A stretch of DNA of 64,000 nt from the human T2T-CHM13v2.0 reference genome, Homo sapiens. Below the pieces are notes generated by a model. It saw nothing but the letters and a program-made list of their open reading frames with translations. It ran no database searches and had not been told where the DNA came from. The position numbers were made by a program, and so were the translations under genes. The stretch lies in assembly GCF_009914755.1 (NCBI RefSeq), contig NC_060942.1; one strand, written 5' to 3'. Below are positions 61,301 to 64,000 of this stretch, one piece after another (the first letter of the stretch is position 1; every line of letters begins with the position of its first letter).

Positions 61301-61397
61301 TATTAATATGATGTATTACACTGATTGATTTTTAAATTTGTATTGGTAGGATAATTCCACTTGGTTATATTGTCTAACTTTTTTCTAATTTTCTTTC

Positions 61398-61554
61398 ATT
61401 TTTATTACAGATGAGGCCTCACTCTGTCACCCAGGTTGGGGTGGAGTGGCACAGTCACAGCTCACTATAACCTCAAGCTCCTGGGCTCAAGTGATCCTGC
61501 CACCTCAGCCTCCTAAGTAGCTGGAACTACAGATGTGCACTGCCATGCCAGGCT
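61398..61554 (-). mobile_element. Alu monomer, second copy
   Basis: Copy of 7383-7539. Confidence 0.85.
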
Positions 61555-63526
61555 TGTCTAACATTTTTATGTGTTGCTTCATCCAGTTTGCTAGAGTTTT
61601 TGGAGATTTCTGTCTTCATTCATGAGGGATAATAGTCTGCACTTTTATTTTCTTGTGATACTTTTGTCTGATTTGTTATCTGGGTAATACTGGCCTTGAA
61701 AATGAATTGATGTTTTCCTGCTTCTCTGCTTTGCAAGTGTTTGTGAAGGATTGGTTATTCATTAAGTGTTTAATAGAATTCACTAGTGAAGCTATGTGAG
61801 CCAGGGCTAGACTGATGAAGAGTTTTCATTAGTCTAATCTGTTTACTTGCTGTATAAGTACGCATATATTCTCTTTCTTCTTGATTTAATTTTACACTTT
61901 GTGTATAGCAGGGAATCTGTGTCTAATTTGTAGTATTTCATGCTTCTAGGTTTTCATGGCAGTTGAGATGTAAGAATAACAATAATGTTGGGAGAAGGAA
62001 GTTGTGGACAATCCATGAATATCCCAACATCTGTTGTAGGAAGGTTAAGATTACTTTTTTTTTTTTTGCTGTACTGAACTGAATACTCTTATTTATAATG
62101 TCAGACAAATGTAATGTTGTATATAAATAGAACTAGGAAAATGTGCCATTTGTCTTAGTATTTAATCAAGATGGAAGTCTGGGCCTACCTCCTCTCTTTT
62201 ATTAATATGTAGACAGGACACCAACACAAATTAGAATGAAGACAAACAAAATGTTAGCAAATGAAGAATGGTATCAATTGGTTAAAATGTGATGAAATAG
62301 AGTGGTGAATATTTACATAGAATCCATGATGTGTTAGGTGCTATTTCAAGCTATTTGCACATATAGTTTTAATACCAATGACGTTAAAATGTATAACACA
62401 AAGATTCATATAAATAAAAATTACAACATTGTAAATAATATTAGGTGACACTAAAACTGTCATAGAAATACACATTTATATAAAACATAAAGTAACATGA
62501 AGTATTAAATTTTAGAAACTTTGATTACTAATCAGATGAACAACTGATTAGCCTTTTTATCCAGTAAAAAAGGCATACATATTATTTTCAAATTCCAGAG
62601 ACAAATATTTTAAATATTGAAGTTGAAGACCTAAAAATGTGTCACTGACCTCATGGAAGTAGATATTCACTAGGTGATATTTTCTAGGCTCTCTGAAATT
62701 ATATCAGAAAAATGTGAATTAGAATATAACCCATAAATAATATCTGGCCACATACAAAGTAATTGAAGATCAATTTAAATGGCTATTGGATTAAGAAATA
62801 GGGACTGAGGTAAATTTGCAGTGTCAGGGAGGATCTAAGGAGGAAGCATTGACACTGGAGCCCAAGGACCTGGGATCACAGAACAGATTCTACCAGTGCT
62901 AACTTACTGCTCCACAGAAAACATCAATTCTGCTCATGCGCAGGTACAATTCATCAAGAAAGGAATTACAACTTCAGAAATGTGTTCAAAATATATCCAT
63001 ACTTTGACATATTAATGAAGTAATCACATTCTACACATAACTACTCCATATGGAATACTGGGGAGGAGGTGTTCCAAATAAAGAGACTGAGGATTTCTCA
63101 TGAGAACTCAGTGTCTGCTAGAAAATATCTAAGTAAAATATTTTACTTATGTGGAAAGTGTGGATGTTTGTGCATCAAAAGTTTCAAGAATCCCTAAAAT
63201 TTACAATGGAGATGAGGAGAAAATATCAGAATTTCCCAGCACCAGAAATAAGGCAAGAAAAAATTCAGAGGGGTTGTAAATGTGAAAAGCCAATGGCTGG
63301 TCACACAGCAACATTGATAACCTTGTGCCTGGACAACTAGAATAAATACATAAACATACACATTGAAAATATTTCCAATATTAGATCTCCCTCATGTGAG
63401 AACTAAATTATAAAGATTGAAGCATAGAAGAAAATAAGCTACCAGAATAAATTTGATTACACATAAATTTCTGATATTGAAACTGTCACAAATGTTTAAG
63501 TTGGTAGTGGAAGACAAAGGACATAT

Positions 63527-64000
63527 AATCTTGGGAGTCCTAAGGCCCTGCCCACTGCCAGTCCCTCCACACTACTACAGCTGATGCTTTCTGGAAATCA
63601 CCACCTCCTGGCAGGAGCCCAACCAGCACAAATATAGAGCATTAAACCACCAAAGCTAAGGAGGCTCACAGAGTCTATTGCACCCTTCACCACCTCCACT
63701 GGAACAGGCGCTGGTATCCATGGCTCAGAGACCCAAAGATGGTTCACATCACAGGGCTCTATGCAGACAACCCCCAGTACCAGCCCAAAGCCACGTAGAC
63801 CTGCTGGGTGGCTAGACCCAGAAGAGAGACAACAATCAATGCACTTTGGCTTACAGGAAGCCATGCCCATAGGAAAAAGGGGAGAGTACTACGTCAAGGG
63901 AACACCCCGTGGGATGAAAGAGTCTGAACAACAGTCTTCAGCCCTAGACCTTTCCTCTGACAGAGTCTACCAAAATGAGAAGGAACCAGAAAACCAACCC
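63527..64000 (+). mobile_element. 5' part of L1PB1-like element, second copy
   Basis: Copy of 9512-9985. Confidence 0.85.

Larger units (their letters stand above)
55895..64000 (+). repeat. Near-identical direct copy of 1819-9985 (segmental/tandem duplication, continues to window end)
   Basis: Identical ORF sets at offsets 54076, 54018 and 54015; offset shifts are explained by 2 VNTR units and three 1-bp indels. Confidence 0.97.

Overview
Human-type p-arm chromosome end. From recall, the tubulin protein matches TUBB8B, which points to 18p11.32 (not verified by search). Order of features: terminal (CCCTAA)n (1-2016); TAR1 with a perfect 21x29-bp CpG VNTR (TERRA-promoter type); a CpG island with a consensus CTCF site; about 28 kb of nested L1/Alu; an unprocessed FAM166A/CIMIP2A pseudogene tail-to-tail with an intact 4-exon TUBB8B gene; a class I ERV remnant (5' LTR, PBS, pol) fused directly to the TUBB8B core promoter; THE1/MSTA LTRs; and an L1MA truncated by a 676-bp interstitial telomere (ITS, 55417-56092). 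After the ITS the chromosome-end sequence restarts almost identically (offset about 54.0 kb). Main leads: (1) a telomere-punctuated 54-kb tandem unit carrying TUBB8B; (2) a candidate self-contained interstitial TERRA transcription unit with an AATAAA just past the repeat tract; (3) TUBB8B occupying the env position of a provirus among co-oriented LTRs. Repeat subfamily and protein identities come from recalled consensus sequences and need database confirmation.
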